From: Leptolyngbyaceae cyanobacterium | GTDB taxonomy: Bacteria > Cyanobacteriota > Cyanobacteriia > Phormidesmidales > Phormidesmidaceae | Assembly (NCBI GenBank): GCA_965263355.1 | Contig: CBDHHL010000048.1 | Span: 230,017-294,016 of the forward strand | Direction: 5' to 3' | DNA: 64,000 nt | Part shown: positions 1 through 11,575 of the stretch, piece by piece | How the letters are laid out: each line of letters starts with the position of its first letter | Position numbering within the stretch: position 1 is the first letter of the stretch | Notes under the pieces: model-generated | Databases searched by the model: none | What the model was told of the DNA's origin: nothing | The model's input: the letters and a program-made list of their open reading frames with translations, nothing else | Translations under genes and position numbers: made by a program

Positions 1-925
1 CACCTTTATCCACAGCCTGACGGAAACGAGTAAGGACATCCTCAGGAATCTCAAAAGGCGCATGCTCCCAACCCAGATTCTCGCGAGTTAGAGTAATCTC
101 TTCATCACCCAGGGCCGCACCGTGGATGCCAGACGTATCAGCCTTATTGGGAGAACCATAACCAATGGTGGTGGTCACCTTAATCATGGTAGGTTGATCG
201 GTCACTTGCTTAGCTGCTTCGATAGCCTTTGCGATCGCAGCCAAATCAGTATTGCCATCTTCCACATGGAGCACATGCCAACCATAGGCCTCAAAGCGCT
301 TACTCACATCTTCGGTAAAGGCAATATCAGTAGAACCGTCGATAGAAATATGGTTGTCGTCATAAAGGGCAATCAGCTTGCCGAGGCCCAAGTGACCAGC
401 TAAAGAGCAGGCTTCACCAGAGACGCCCTCCATGTTGCAACCGTCACCCAAAATTACGTAGGTGTAGTGGTCAACCACAGTGCAGTCAGGTTTATTAAAC
501 CGGGCTGCTAGATGGGCTTCTGCCATAGCCAGACCAACACCGTTACAGATACCCTGCCCCAAAGGACCAGTAGTCACTTCAACACCGGGAGTTTCAAAAT
601 TCTCAGGGTGCCCAGGTGTGGTTGCCCCCCACTGACGAAAGTTTTTGATGTCCTCAATCTTGACACTGTCGTAACCTGTGAGATGCAGCAGCGCATACTG
701 CAGCATGCAACCATGCCCCGCAGATAGCACAAAGCGATCACGGTTAAACCACTGGGGATTTTTGGGATTAAAGCGCATAAATTGATCCCAAAGAACAAAC
801 GCCATTGGCGCGGCTCCCATGGGTAAACCGGGATGACCAGATTTAGCCTTTTCAACGGCATCAATGGCCAAGAACCGAATGGCATTTATACACTGCGTTT
901 CAAGAGATTGGGTTGCAACAGCCAT
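1..925 (-). CDS. tkt: Transketolase (5' part; runs off the left edge of the window)
   Basis: Manual translation from ATG at 925: [42 protein letters not shown]; later TTGPLGQG and the TPP-binding GDG motif. Absent from the ORF track because it has no stop in the window. Confidence 0.96.
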   Translation of the reverse strand, partial: MAVATQSLETQCINAIRFLAIDAVEKAKSGHPGLPMGAAPMAFVLWDQFMRFNPKNPQWFNRDRFVLSAGHGCMLQYALLHLTGYDSVKIEDIKNFRQWGATTPGHPENFETPGVEVTTGPLGQGICNGVGLAMAEAHLAARFNKPDCTVVDHYTYVILGDGCNMEGVSGEACSLAGHLGLGKLIALYDDNHISIDGSTDIAFTEDVSKRFEAYGWHVLHVEDGNTDLAAIAKAIEAAKQVTDQPTMIKVTTTIGYGSPNKADTSGIHGAALGDEEITLTRENLGWEHAPFEIPEDVLTRFRQAVDKG

Positions 926-1402
926 AGTCTTCCAAGTAGTTAACGACGGTACATTCCAGGTGTGAACAAGCACGAACGCACCTTTGTTGATGGTGATAGC
1001 AGATTAGACGGTCTCAAACGGGTAGCCCCTAACACGCCAAAGCATGAAGGCAAAAACAGACAGGTACATAATCCACATAGCTGTGTGTTGCAGGTAAAAG
1101 CCCCTGAGCACAGAACCATGTGGCAGAAACATATTCCCACAGACAACAGGTTGGAGCAGGCACACAGCCACTCACCGACAAACTCTGATTGCGACAGAAA
1201 ACCACAGCCCCCCATAGAGTGCGCGAACTAACTACCCCAACCTGGTCAAAGGAGAGCTACCGGCCTAAGCCTATACCGTAACTTGTGAGCACATTTACTA
1301 ATTTGAACATGCTCATGTGCAAACAGTCACCCAAAAAGTAGAGCAACTTTCCGTTTTATTTAATGTTTTCTGTTAGGTTATTATACCTATCAAGCTGTAG
1401 CA

Positions 1403-2668
1403 CTAGCTACGATACTTACGAAAAACCAAAGTAACGTTATGGCCACCAAAGCCAAATGAGTTAGACATTGCCACATCGACGGTATGGGTACGACTCTGAT
1501 TGGGTACATAGTCTAAATCACAATCATCATCTGGCTCTTGCAGATTAATGGTGGGGGGGACATGGTCATTTGCTACTGCCATACAGGCTGCCACCCCTTC
1601 AATGCCACCAGAGCCACCTAACAGATGCCCTGTCATTGACTTAGTAGAACTTACGGGAATCTGTTTTGCATGCTCTCCTAAAACCGTTTTAATCGCCGCC
1701 GTTTCGGTTGGATCATTGGCCGGCGTACTGGTGCCGTGGGCATTGATATAACTGACATCTGTTGGAGACACATCCGCATCTTTGAGGGCCAGCTCCATAG
1801 AACGGGCGGCCCCTGCTCCACCAGGGACAGGGGCAGTCATGTGATAAGCATCGCAAGTCATGCCATAGCCCACCATCTCCGCATAAATATGGGCTCCACG
1901 GCTGAGGGCATGTTCTAGTTCTTCCAAGATCAAAATACCAACACCTTCGCCCATAACAAAACCGTCACGACCTTTATCAAAGGGTCGACTGGCATGAGCG
2001 GGGTCATCATTTCGAGTAGACAATGCTCGAGCTGACGCAAATCCAGCCAATGATAACGGGGTAATGGCTGCTTCGGTCCCACCAGAAATCATGGCTTGGG
2101 CATAGCCATTCTGCACAATGCGAAAGGCATCGCCAATGGCATTAGAACCAGCTGCACAAGCTGTAACTGCACAGGAGTTAGGGCCTTTTGCCCCCGTATG
2201 AATTGCCGTGAGACCTGCTGCCATGTTAGCAATCATCATGGGCACCATGAATGGACTGCAGCGGTTAGGCCCTTTGTTTATGTAGACGGACTGTTGATCT
2301 TCCATTACCTTGAGACCGCCCACACCAGTGCCGATCATGACACCAACTTGTTCTGCGTTGAGGTCGGTAATAGTGAGATTGGCATTGGCCAGGGCTTGTT
2401 TGCTAGCTGCGATCGCAAACTGAGCAAATCGATCAGTCCGCTTAGCATCTTTAGCATCCATGTACTCTAACGGATCAAACCCTTTAACCTCACCCGCAAT
2501 GCGACATTTATGCTGCGATGCATCAAAAAATGTAATCGGCCCAATGCCGCTTTTGCCAGCCAGCAATCCCTGCCAATAGGTCTCTAAGGTATTGCCGATG
2601 GGGGTAATGGCCCCCATTCCAGTAATCACAACGCGCTTTTTTTCAGTACTTGTCATGGTCATCGACAC
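1403..2668 (-). CDS. fabF: 3-oxoacyl-ACP synthase II
   Basis: RVVITGMG N-terminus, TACAAG active-site Cys, NAHGTST, KSMTGHLLG, SNSFGFGGHN; adjacent to acpP. Confidence 0.97.
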   Translation of the reverse strand: MSMTMTSTEKKRVVITGMGAITPIGNTLETYWQGLLAGKSGIGPITFFDASQHKCRIAGEVKGFDPLEYMDAKDAKRTDRFAQFAIAASKQALANANLTITDLNAEQVGVMIGTGVGGLKVMEDQQSVYINKGPNRCSPFMVPMMIANMAAGLTAIHTGAKGPNSCAVTACAAGSNAIGDAFRIVQNGYAQAMISGGTEAAITPLSLAGFASARALSTRNDDPAHASRPFDKGRDGFVMGEGVGILILEELEHALSRGAHIYAEMVGYGMTCDAYHMTAPVPGGAGAARSMELALKDADVSPTDVSYINAHGTSTPANDPTETAAIKTVLGEHAKQIPVSSTKSMTGHLLGGSGGIEGVAACMAVANDHVPPTINLQEPDDDCDLDYVPNQSRTHTVDVAMSNSFGFGGHNVTLVFRKYRS

Positions 2669-2722
2669 AAGGGGAACGATCCCAAGGCATTAAAAAACAG
2701 ATTTTCAAACAGGCAGGGGGGG

Positions 2723-2965
2723 TTATGCAGCTGACTTTTCTGTAATGAAGTCAACGGCTGCCTGCACTGTACCAATGGATTCAGCTGCCTCGTCTGGGAT
2801 CTCAATATCAAACTCTTCCTCAAGGGCCATGACCAGCTCTACTGTATCCAGGGAATCAGCCCCCAGATCGTCGGTAAAACTAGCTTCAGGCTTAACTTCA
2901 GCTACCTCAACACCCAGCTGCTCGGATACGATCTTTTGAACCTTTCCTAAAATGTCTTCAGCCAT
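2723..2965 (-). CDS. acpP: Acyl carrier protein
   Basis: [20 protein letters not shown] phosphopantetheine motif; ATG at 2965 preferred over the upstream TTG. Confidence 0.97.
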   Translation of the reverse strand: MAEDILGKVQKIVSEQLGVEVAEVKPEASFTDDLGADSLDTVELVMALEEEFDIEIPDEAAESIGTVQAAVDFITEKSAA

Positions 2966-3485
2966 AATCTCCAAATTTCCTTTTCAGCGGCAGCAAAGAA
3001 CATGTCCTAAATCCAGTTTGGAACAGTCCAACTAATATCCTATTTGGAACGAACCAACTAATATTCGGTTTGGAACGGTCCAAAACGTTAGAACGTCTGT
3101 CCAGATTTAGGCATTTTTTCATCTTATAGGAAAGCGTGCGCCCTACATGGGCGCACAACAGTCACATTTTGAGCAACCCGCCACGGCCAACACCGACAAT
3201 ATTACAATCCATAAACTTTTGACACGTTGCTCCGTTCCCTAAAAACGGCACTGATAGACTAAATCTTGATTGGAGAACTCTTTTGGCTAATTTTGGCTAA
3301 TGTAAACAGGTTACGTCGGTTGTGATCTAAACCACATCTAAGTTGAAACCCGTAGGTCCTTCTAGGGATAAAGTTTCAGTACTGGACGTGGATAAGGTTT
3401 TATGTATCCTTCGGAACACATTCTAAGAATTTGTTTACGGGTCAAGCTATAGTCAAGCCACCATATAGCTGAAACCGTTTAATAA

Positions 3486-3749
<264 letters not shown>

Positions 3750-3789
3750 ACTTTAAGATTCAATAACAGCTTTCACTCGAAACGTTTAC

Positions 3790-3823
3790 AACTCCTAGCC
3801 TGTACAGGTTGGGAGTTTTTTTT
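3790..3823 (+). terminator. Intrinsic terminator after psaC
   Basis: AACTCCTAGCCT-loop-AGGTTGGGAGTT stem running into a T tract. Confidence 0.8.
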
Positions 3824-3872
3824 AATGGACTGACATAGGGTTACAGGCTGACTGTCACCGTTTTGGTCAGCC

Positions 3873-4778
3873 TCAAGCACGCACGGCAAACTTACGTACA
3901 GCGACCAAACTGCCTAACAGGCCCACCAAACCACCTAAGGCAAACAGGGCTGTCGGCAGTAATATCAATTGTTTAGGTGTAAACTGCAAACCCACTGCCA
4001 AAAACTGTAAAAATTCAGGCTGCTGGGCAGATAACCGCTGGAGTGATTGATGGGTGCCAACCAATAAGGCCCAAGCAATAAACGCCCCCATCAGACCAAA
4101 GGTAATACCCTGCAAAATAAAGGGCATATAGATCCACACGGAGGTCGCCCCGACTAACTGCATCACCTCGATTTCCCGCCGCCGTGCCATCACAATCAGG
4201 CGAATGGTAGTTGTAATCACTGCGATCGCAGTCAAACTCAAAATTGCCAGCACCCCTAAACTGACGTACTGTAACCCTTGATTGAGTTCAGTTAAACGCT
4301 GAACCGCTTCCGTGATGTAAAGTACCTCGTCTACCCCTGGCAAATTCTCTAACTGAGCAGCCACAGCAGGAACAGCTTCAGACGTTTTAACCTTGACCTT
4401 GATTTCATCCACCAGTGGATTACCTTTAAGCTGCTCAGTGGCACCGGGTAAATCAGCAATGCCCAGTTCCTCACTCAGCTGGGTCCAGGCTTGTTCTTTT
4501 GTAACAGTTTCCACTTGAGCTACTTGAGCTAGGCTGCTAATGCGATCGCTCAGACTATCAGCCGCCACACCACTGTCTAAATAAACTGCTATTTCTAGCT
4601 GACTACCAAACTGATTAAGTAAACTTTCCACCTGCCAAGTGGCTTGTAAACTCATCCCAAACAAAAATAGCAGCACCATAATCGTGCTCACAGCGGCCCA
4701 ATTCATCCAACCACCGCGTTGCAGCCCTAACAAAGTTTCCCGCAATAAATAGCTTGCCTTAGTAAAAAATTTACCCAT
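3873..4778 (-). CDS. ftsX: Cell division permease FtsX
   Basis: Four TM segments with a periplasmic loop; RRREIEVMQLVGAT..IYMPFILQG FtsX signature. Confidence 0.9.
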   Translation of the reverse strand: MGKFFTKASYLLRETLLGLQRGGWMNWAAVSTIMVLLFLFGMSLQATWQVESLLNQFGSQLEIAVYLDSGVAADSLSDRISSLAQVAQVETVTKEQAWTQLSEELGIADLPGATEQLKGNPLVDEIKVKVKTSEAVPAVAAQLENLPGVDEVLYITEAVQRLTELNQGLQYVSLGVLAILSLTAIAVITTTIRLIVMARRREIEVMQLVGATSVWIYMPFILQGITFGLMGAFIAWALLVGTHQSLQRLSAQQPEFLQFLAVGLQFTPKQLILLPTALFALGGLVGLLGSLVAVRKFAVRA

Positions 4779-4968
4779 GCTGGCTTACACAACGAGCGAA
4801 TGACGATAACAGCACAGAAAACACAAGCAGCCTGATGAAATAGTATCCTAGAGCATCATCCAGACGCTTTTATGGACAGCCTCTGCGACCCTAAAGAGAG
4901 TTAGCCTGCGCGAGATGAAGCCTAGTTGCTAGGATAGGGTTAGATTCATCAGCCTAATCAATTTAACC

Positions 4969-5526
4969 GTGGGTATTTCAGTCAGCAAAGAAAAGTTAAA
5001 AAAGCCGCCTCTTGAGCTGCACTATTTGGGGGATCGGGTGCTCAGAAAAGCAACTAAACGTATCGCCAAAGTGGATGATGGCATCCGCGAGCTTGCCCAC
5101 AAAATGCTCCAGACCATGTATAGCGAAGACGGTATTGGTCTAGCTGCCCCTCAAGTTGGCATTCATAAACAGATTTTAGTAGTTGACACGGATCCTGAAG
5201 AAGCGGCCAATCAGCCCTTGGTATTAATCAATCCGAAAATTGTACGTCACAGTAAAGAAATGGCCTGCGGTCAGGAAGGATGCCTGAGCATTCCCAATGT
5301 ATTTCTGGATGTGATTCGTCCAGCTGCCATTGAGGTCAGCTACAAAGATGAAAACGGTCGTCCTCAAAAGCTCAAAGCTGATGACCTCTTAGCCCGTGTG
5401 ATTCAGCATGAAATGGACCACCTCAATGGTGTAATGTTCGTCGATCGGGTTGATAATGCGATCGCCTTGGCCCAAGAACTTCAAAAAGGCGGATTTTCTG
5501 CTAATGATGTTAAGAAGGTTGCCTAA
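4969..5526 (+). CDS. def: Peptide deformylase
   Basis: GIGLAAPQVG, EGCLS and QHEMDHLNG motifs. Confidence 0.97.
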   Translation: MGISVSKEKLKKPPLELHYLGDRVLRKATKRIAKVDDGIRELAHKMLQTMYSEDGIGLAAPQVGIHKQILVVDTDPEEAANQPLVLINPKIVRHSKEMACGQEGCLSIPNVFLDVIRPAAIEVSYKDENGRPQKLKADDLLARVIQHEMDHLNGVMFVDRVDNAIALAQELQKGGFSANDVKKVA

Positions 5527-5530
5527 TATT

Positions 5531-5564
5531 TTTGCAGGGGCGTTGCATGCAATGCCCCTGCAAA
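5531..5564. repeat. REP-like palindrome, copy 1
   Basis: TTTGCAGGGGCGTTGCATGCAATGCCCCTGCAAA, a near-perfect palindrome; a near-identical copy lies at 32011-32040. Confidence 0.75.
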
Positions 5565-5657
5565 GGGGTATGTAGCGTCTGTATAGACCAAAATATCCTT
5601 TACAAATCAAGATTTAGTAGTCCAGTTTCCCATTTTTTTCATTACTAGGAGAATATT

Positions 5658-5858
5658 GTGACCCCTAAGAGTGGTTTATTTTTAGCCGGTACTTGTATTG
5701 CTGCCATCGCAGGTGTCGGTTCAGTGTTTGAACTCGCCTATGGTGAGCCCGACTTGGGTGTCTTGCCCACCAGTATTGTGTTGGCCTTGAGTATTCCCAT
5801 GACCGTTATTTTCTTTATGGCCGCTGTTAAGGACACTCGGGAAAATCAGCAGTGGTAA
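5658..5858 (+). CDS. Small two-TM hypothetical membrane protein
   Basis: AGGAG RBS before a GTG start; 66 aa with two hydrophobic segments. Confidence 0.75.
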   Translation: MTPKSGLFLAGTCIAAIAGVGSVFELAYGEPDLGVLPTSIVLALSIPMTVIFFMAAVKDTRENQQW

Positions 5859-5990
5859 GCGATTGGTGTAACCCTGAACCGTTTTAAAGCTCAACACCAA
5901 TCACTATTAATCCCCTCACACCAAAATTAGAACTTGACGTAATACTAACGGCGTACCAGCAAAGCTATATCTATCTTCCCACTTGCCCTA

Positions 5991-6980
5991 ATGAATCTAT
6001 TGTTTTTACTCAAACTGCTTTTAGCGTTATCAGTGGTTGGCATTGTTGTTTATTTAGTGACAGCCCGTCGCTATCAGTCTTCGGCATCAGTAGCAAATTC
6101 CTATGACCAATGGACTGAAGACGGCATATTAGAGTTTTATTGGGGCGAGCATATTCATTTGGGGCATTATGGCTCACCACCACGTACTAAGAATTTTCTT
6201 CAGGCAAAAGCTGATTTTGTCCATGAGATGGTCAAGTGGGGCGGTTTGGATCGATTATCCCCTGGCACTACCCTGTTAGATGTGGGCTGCGGCATTGGTG
6301 GCAGCAGCCGGATTTTAGCCAGGGAATACCAGTTTGATGTCACGGGTGTAACTATTAGTCCCCAACAGGTTCAGCGAGCCCAGCAGCTTACCCCAGCAGG
6401 AGTAACTGCGCAGTTTAAAGTGGATGATGCTATGGCCCTCTCCTATGCTGACAATAGCTTTGACGTGGTGTGGTCAGTAGAAGCGGGTCCCCATATGCCC
6501 AATAAAGCGGTATTTGCACGGGAGCTAATGCGGGTGCTCAAACCCGGCGGTATATTGGTGCTGGCAGATTGGAATCAGCGAGATGATCGTCAGATCCGCT
6601 TAAATTTCTGGGAAAAACCAGTCATGCGTCAGCTACTGGACCAGTGGTCCCATCCTGCCTTTGCCAGCATTGAAGGTTTTGCTGAGAATCTAGAGGCAAC
6701 CGGTTTGGTGCAAGGTACCGTTGTGACTGCAGATTGGACCCAAGAAACCTTACCCTCCTGGTTAGATTCAATTTGGCAAGGTGTGGTGCGCCCCAAAGGT
6801 CTGATCCGCTTCGGAATTTCTGGTCTGATTAAGTCTTTACGTGAAGTTCCCACTCTCTTATTAATGCGTCTAGCCTTTGGTGCAGGCTTGTGTCGCTTTG
6901 GCATGTTTCGCGCCGTCAGAGCCGAGGTAATCTCCTCATCTACCGTGCAAGAACCCCAAACACTAGCAGCTAGTCATTAA
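5991..6980 (+). CDS. SAM-dependent methyltransferase, MPBQ/MSBQ (tocopherol/plastoquinone) type
   Basis: N-terminal TM anchor; WGEHIHLGHY, LLDVGCGIGGS and VWSVEAGPHM motifs of the gamma-TMT/MPBQ-MT family. Confidence 0.85.
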   Translation: MNLLFLLKLLLALSVVGIVVYLVTARRYQSSASVANSYDQWTEDGILEFYWGEHIHLGHYGSPPRTKNFLQAKADFVHEMVKWGGLDRLSPGTTLLDVGCGIGGSSRILAREYQFDVTGVTISPQQVQRAQQLTPAGVTAQFKVDDAMALSYADNSFDVVWSVEAGPHMPNKAVFARELMRVLKPGGILVLADWNQRDDRQIRLNFWEKPVMRQLLDQWSHPAFASIEGFAENLEATGLVQGTVVTADWTQETLPSWLDSIWQGVVRPKGLIRFGISGLIKSLREVPTLLLMRLAFGAGLCRFGMFRAVRAEVISSSTVQEPQTLAASH

Positions 6981-7033
6981 TTATTGCCCATACAATGTGG
7001 GGTAAGAACTCGAACGTTTTTGGGTGAAAATCC

Positions 7034-7477
7034 ATGGGAGAATCAACCCTTTACAGTCAAGATTTTCTGCAATGGACGCAAGGCCAAATTGACTCATTGC
7101 GCCATGGTCGCTGGTCAGACTTAGATATTGAAAACCTGATAGAGGAACTGGAAGATTTGGGGCGTAGTGAACAACGAGAATTGGGTAGTTATCTTAGGGT
7201 ACTCATGATGCATTTGCTGAAATGGCAGTATCAACCCGAACGTCGCACTGCTAGCTGGCAAATAACCATCACAAATTGCCGAGATAGCATCCAAGATTGC
7301 CTAGAGGATGCGCCAAGCTTGCAGCAGTTTCTCAATGATGCTGACTGGCGTCAGAAGTATTACCGACGAGCCCATCGAGATGCGGCCAAAGAAACTCAAA
7401 AGGCATTAACGACATTTCCAGAAGAATGTCCCTACCTACTCGAACACCTGGTATCTGCCAACTGGTTACCCGAATAA
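7034..7477 (+). CDS. DUF29 family protein
   Basis: LYSQDFLQW, DIENLIEELEDLGRSE, HLLKWQYQP and FPEECPY motifs. Confidence 0.9.
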   Translation: MGESTLYSQDFLQWTQGQIDSLRHGRWSDLDIENLIEELEDLGRSEQRELGSYLRVLMMHLLKWQYQPERRTASWQITITNCRDSIQDCLEDAPSLQQFLNDADWRQKYYRRAHRDAAKETQKALTTFPEECPYLLEHLVSANWLPE

Positions 7478-7516
7478 AGTTCTATCTCATCATTACAGCA
7501 CAATATCCCATCCACT

Positions 7517-8761
7517 ATGAAGGATATGACTAAGCGCGTCATTATTGTTGGGGCTGGACCGGCAGGTACAAGTCTAGGACTGTTATTAGCTCGCTCTGGC
7601 ATAGCTGTAACGCTGATCGAACAGGAACTGACGTTCGAACGGGTTTTTCGGGGTGAAGGCCTAATGCCTGCAGGGATGGAGGCGCTTTCCCAAATGGGCT
7701 TACAGACCTTACTCAGCAGGGTACCTCACTGCAGACTGGAGTCGTGGAATATTCATCTGGGCGGTAATCAGGTTTTTGTTATTCCTGAACCGGATCTGGG
7801 TGAAATGTCCCTCAGTATTGTTTCTCAACCAGCGTTACTCCAGGGCATCGTGGATGAAGCCAGCCAGTATGAGAATTTTGATTTTCAGACTGGCTGCCAG
7901 GTACAGGATTTGCTGTGGGACGACCATCAAGTTGTTGGCGTTAAGGTTAAGACAGCTAACGAAATATCAGACATTCGGGCTGATTTAGTGGTGGGTTGTG
8001 ACGGTCGGGGTTCATTAGTGCGGCGAAAAGCTGGTTTGGCTATTGATTTACAGCCTGACCAATACGATGTGTTGTGGTTTAAGCTGCCAGCGCCAGAACG
8101 TCTGCAATCCACCTGCCAGTTTTACCTGATGGCTAAAGCTCGCCAACATCCCGCTAGCTGTTATACCTCATGGGACGGTTGGCTGCAGTATGGGCTGATT
8201 TTGCCCAAGGGTGGCCTGGGAAAATTGGGCAATGCCGATTGGCTCAGTGTCGCTACTAGTTCTGCCCCCGATTGGCTGGCCAAGCATGTGTTGGCCCAAC
8301 GCGAGGCAGTCACAGAACCGGTGCGGTTAAATGTGGTGGTTGGCCAATGTCAGCAGTGGTGGGTACCTGGAGCATTGCTGCTAGGAGATGCGGCCCACCC
8401 CATGTCTCCAGTAAGGGCTCAAGGCATTAATTTAGCGCTACGAGATGCCATTGTGGCCACAAATCATTTGGTACCAGCTCTGAACAGCAATTTAGCAAAT
8501 ATTGAGACCGCCTTACTCGCCATTCAGCAGGAACGGATGCCGGAAGTGGTGCGATCGCAAACCCTACAACTGCGTGAAGCCAATGGGCTCAAGGTGATCC
8601 GCTCATCTCCCTGGAAATTAGCCATTGCCCAACAGATTTTACCCATAGTTGGCAAGCTTTCTTGGGTGCAACAGACTTGGTTAAATCGCCAGCACGACCT
8701 ACGGCATGGCTCTCAACCAGTACAGTTAAATGTATGCTACCTGCCCCCAACAATGGTTTGA
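7517..8761 (+). CDS. FAD-dependent monooxygenase/oxidoreductase
   Basis: GAGPAG Rossmann motif, DG motif (VGCDG) and LLGDAAHPMSP..AQGIN. Confidence 0.9.
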   Translation: MKDMTKRVIIVGAGPAGTSLGLLLARSGIAVTLIEQELTFERVFRGEGLMPAGMEALSQMGLQTLLSRVPHCRLESWNIHLGGNQVFVIPEPDLGEMSLSIVSQPALLQGIVDEASQYENFDFQTGCQVQDLLWDDHQVVGVKVKTANEISDIRADLVVGCDGRGSLVRRKAGLAIDLQPDQYDVLWFKLPAPERLQSTCQFYLMAKARQHPASCYTSWDGWLQYGLILPKGGLGKLGNADWLSVATSSAPDWLAKHVLAQREAVTEPVRLNVVVGQCQQWWVPGALLLGDAAHPMSPVRAQGINLALRDAIVATNHLVPALNSNLANIETALLAIQQERMPEVVRSQTLQLREANGLKVIRSSPWKLAIAQQILPIVGKLSWVQQTWLNRQHDLRHGSQPVQLNVCYLPPTMV

Positions 8762-8845
8762 TGTCAGGTCAGTACCAGAACATATGCAGGGTTCACAACC
8801 AGTCTGTGTTTATTCAACCGGCATCCACGGTGTATCCGCTATATA

Positions 8846-10585
8846 TCAGCGTAAATAATCGATAATCCCCTGGGCAATCGCATCGGCAATCTGCTCACGG
8901 GCAGCCATACTTTGAAACCGGGTCGCATCTTCGCTACCGGTCACAAATCCGGTTTCTACTAAAACCGCAGGCATAGACGTATTGCGAAGCACATAGAACC
9001 GAGCTTGACGAACACCGCGATCGCGTAGGTCTGTACTACGCAATACACTGCTGTGAATAGCCCGAGCCAGATTGCGGCCTGACGAATAATAGTAAGTCTC
9101 TAGACCATTCACTTCAGGACGGCTAAGACTAATGGCATTGGCATGGATACTCACAAAGACGGTGGCATTAGCACGTTCCGCAATATCAACCCGAGGCTGT
9201 AGATCTAGCTCCACATCTTGAGTACGGGTCAGTGCGGCTCGATAGCCCCGCTGCTCCAGCGTACGCTGAAGACGGCGAGAAATCGACATATTGATTTCCT
9301 TCTCCAGCAAACCGCTACGCCCGACTGCACCTGGATCGCGGCCACCATGCCCTGGATCGATCATCACCAGAATTTCTCCTTGGCCAGCCGATGGTCTGGG
9401 AATATTGGGAGAAGGGCTAGGACTAGCAACTGTCTCAGTAGTTTGGACAATGCTGGCATTGAGTCCAGCATCTTGCAAACGTCCCTGCAGCTGATTGGCG
9501 CGGGATTGTTCACGAAAGCGACCTGCCTGAATCACAGCTTGACCATTAACCGTGGTACGAAATGCACCTGGTTCTACCGCATTTACTCGCGATCTCAACA
9601 GCGCGGAACTCCCCGGTACAATCACCTGATACACTACCGCTGCCGATGGTGTAGAGGGTGCTGGGGTACTCACCCGAGCTGTTTCCACAATCTGCGCCGA
9701 GAGACCAGCCTGCACTAACCGCTGACGTAATTCATTAGCCCGAGCTTGCTCACGAAAGCGGCCCGCCTGAATCACAGTCTGACCATTAACCGTGGTACGA
9801 AATGCACCTGGTTCTACCGCATTTACTCGCGATCGCAACAGCGCAGAACTCCCCGGTACAATCACTTGATAGTCAACATCATCCCTTGACCCTGGCGAGG
9901 GACTACCCGGACGTGGTAAGGGATTACCACTGCTAGGGGGAGTAGGTAAGGGTCTGGGGGATGGTCTGGGGGTTGTCGGCGCAGGACTTGCCGGTCTACT
10001 GGTGCCTGACGCTGCGATCACAGCATCCAGAGACTGATTATTAGTTAAGTAAATATGTCCCAGGGACTGACCGTTGTATACGCGCCGGGTCATGGACCAA
10101 CCCGCATCTAACTCAATTTTGACAAAGTCATTAGTAATCCCATTGGAGCGGCCTAGTTCTAATTTCGGCAAGCCTCGCTGTAATGGGCTAGGAGACGCCA
10201 CCAACACTAAAACATCTCCTTGCTTTTCCACCTGAAGACGATAGCGTGAGCCGAGATCTTCTCCATCGATACGGACAGAATAACCATTACTGTCCGAACT
10301 GCGGCCACAAATACCTGAGAAGTCAAACGTCAGCAGCAAAGGATTAATTGTCGTCGGATTATTGCCTTGCTCTTCCCAACAACGTCGGACTGAGCTTAAT
10401 TGCTCGATAATCAACAGTTTATAAAATCGGCCATTGCTAACGGGTTCTGCTACGGCAACGACGCGATCGTCTGATATGGGCTGCTGGCCAAATTGAGCTG
10501 CCAGCACATTAGAGGGTAACGCCATAACTGCGCTAGCAGCAGCTACAGCCGACAGTGTGGTGAGTTGACGAAGAAATGATTTCAT
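8846..10585 (-). CDS. N-acetylmuramoyl-L-alanine amidase (signal peptide, DUF3747-like domain, two SPOR-like repeats, Amidase_3)
   Basis: IDPGHGG, LEKEIN, FVSIHAN and AVLVETGF amidase motifs; Pro-rich linkers; duplicated QAGRFREQ.RAN.L domain; ATG at 10585 precedes a signal peptide. Confidence 0.9.
   Translation of the reverse strand: MKSFLRQLTTLSAVAAASAVMALPSNVLAAQFGQQPISDDRVVAVAEPVSNGRFYKLLIIEQLSSVRRCWEEQGNNPTTINPLLLTFDFSGICGRSSDSNGYSVRIDGEDLGSRYRLQVEKQGDVLVLVASPSPLQRGLPKLELGRSNGITNDFVKIELDAGWSMTRRVYNGQSLGHIYLTNNQSLDAVIAASGTSRPASPAPTTPRPSPRPLPTPPSSGNPLPRPGSPSPGSRDDVDYQVIVPGSSALLRSRVNAVEPGAFRTTVNGQTVIQAGRFREQARANELRQRLVQAGLSAQIVETARVSTPAPSTPSAAVVYQVIVPGSSALLRSRVNAVEPGAFRTTVNGQAVIQAGRFREQSRANQLQGRLQDAGLNASIVQTTETVASPSPSPNIPRPSAGQGEILVMIDPGHGGRDPGAVGRSGLLEKEINMSISRRLQRTLEQRGYRAALTRTQDVELDLQPRVDIAERANATVFVSIHANAISLSRPEVNGLETYYYSSGRNLARAIHSSVLRSTDLRDRGVRQARFYVLRNTSMPAVLVETGFVTGSEDATRFQSMAAREQIADAIAQGIIDYLR
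9506..9871. repeat. Intragenic direct repeat (~126 bp, offset 240 bp)
   Basis: 9506-9631 and 9746-9871 are near-identical at the DNA level. Confidence 0.9.
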
Positions 10586-11175
10586 ATCCCTGAGGGTCGC
10601 GGGTAGGAGATAGATTGTCAAAAGGTGACATTACAGGAAACACAAGGTTAGCGTCTAACTGGTGTTTACGTAGTTTTCCGGGAAAGGATGCCCATTCGGT
10701 AAGAAACTATATCAGTTCATCAGGTGTCCGTGATGAGATTTGACTGTGAAGGGCTCAAAGCCGTCCTATGGGTGTGTATCTACAAACACTGAGATGTGGA
10801 GCTTTCAGGGTTGGCACAACTCAATCTTAAGAACCGGTGTCTGAGTCCTAGGGGTCCGTCAAGCCTAAGACTTAGGATAAGGCTAGTAAAGAGTCAAACG
10901 GAATGAAGAGTGACGCTTTACCCTTTACTCTTCCTCAATACAGAATCCTAATTTTTAGCGTTGACGCTGCACGAGTATCTGCCCCGAGGTACCATCTTGC
11001 CTCAGGTGAGTTAGCCGCATCGTCCTCATCAAGGGTTCATTAAGTTTTTAAGATAAGTCCTCTGAAGAAAACAGATTTCTTTTGTAGCACTACTCAGGAT
11101 ATGTACGTAAACTCATCCTTTACGAGCTATACATCCACAGGGGACGTCACTGTTACACATAAAAGGAGAATAAAC

Positions 11176-11571
11176 ATGGGTCTGGCAGAAAGACGTGCGG
11201 TTAAACAGTTTGAAACTGAAAAACTACCCACACTTCAGGCTGATATTGATCACGTGGCTGGCTTTAACGTCCCAATCGAGATTAATTGGGATGCGATCGC
11301 AGCAAACGGTTATGCTGATCAGTACAATGAGTTTTTTTATAAGGTTTACTTCCTGCCTCTGCTCGAAGCTCTTAAAAGTATATGCATTGACGATCTGGGT
11401 AAAGAAGCCCTTAAAGACGGCCTTAAGAAGGTCATTGTTACCAATGAAAGTAGCTCCCATCCTAACTTTACGTCCGGCATACTAAAGCTACCCTACAATT
11501 CAGTCGCCAATATTGACTACTGGATGGAACGCAAAAAAAATATCCAAACCGTTTTAGAAAACGGACTGTAA
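11176..11571 (+). CDS. Hypothetical protein
   Basis: AGGAG RBS before ATG 11176 (MGLAERRAVKQFE); shares motifs with the C-terminal half of the next gene. Confidence 0.8.
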   Translation: MGLAERRAVKQFETEKLPTLQADIDHVAGFNVPIEINWDAIAANGYADQYNEFFYKVYFLPLLEALKSICIDDLGKEALKDGLKKVIVTNESSSHPNFTSGILKLPYNSVANIDYWMERKKNIQTVLENGL

Positions 11572-11575
11572 ACCC

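Noticed and set aside
926..1402. Riboswitch or small ORFs in the long tkt leader
   Set aside because: No recognisable aptamer consensus; the ORFs 940-1215 and 962-1231 lack family motifs and a convincing RBS.
10622..11100. IS remnant or ncRNA in the intergenic region after the amidase
   Set aside because: Only short weak palindromes; no transposase fragment, terminal repeats or terminator that I could support.
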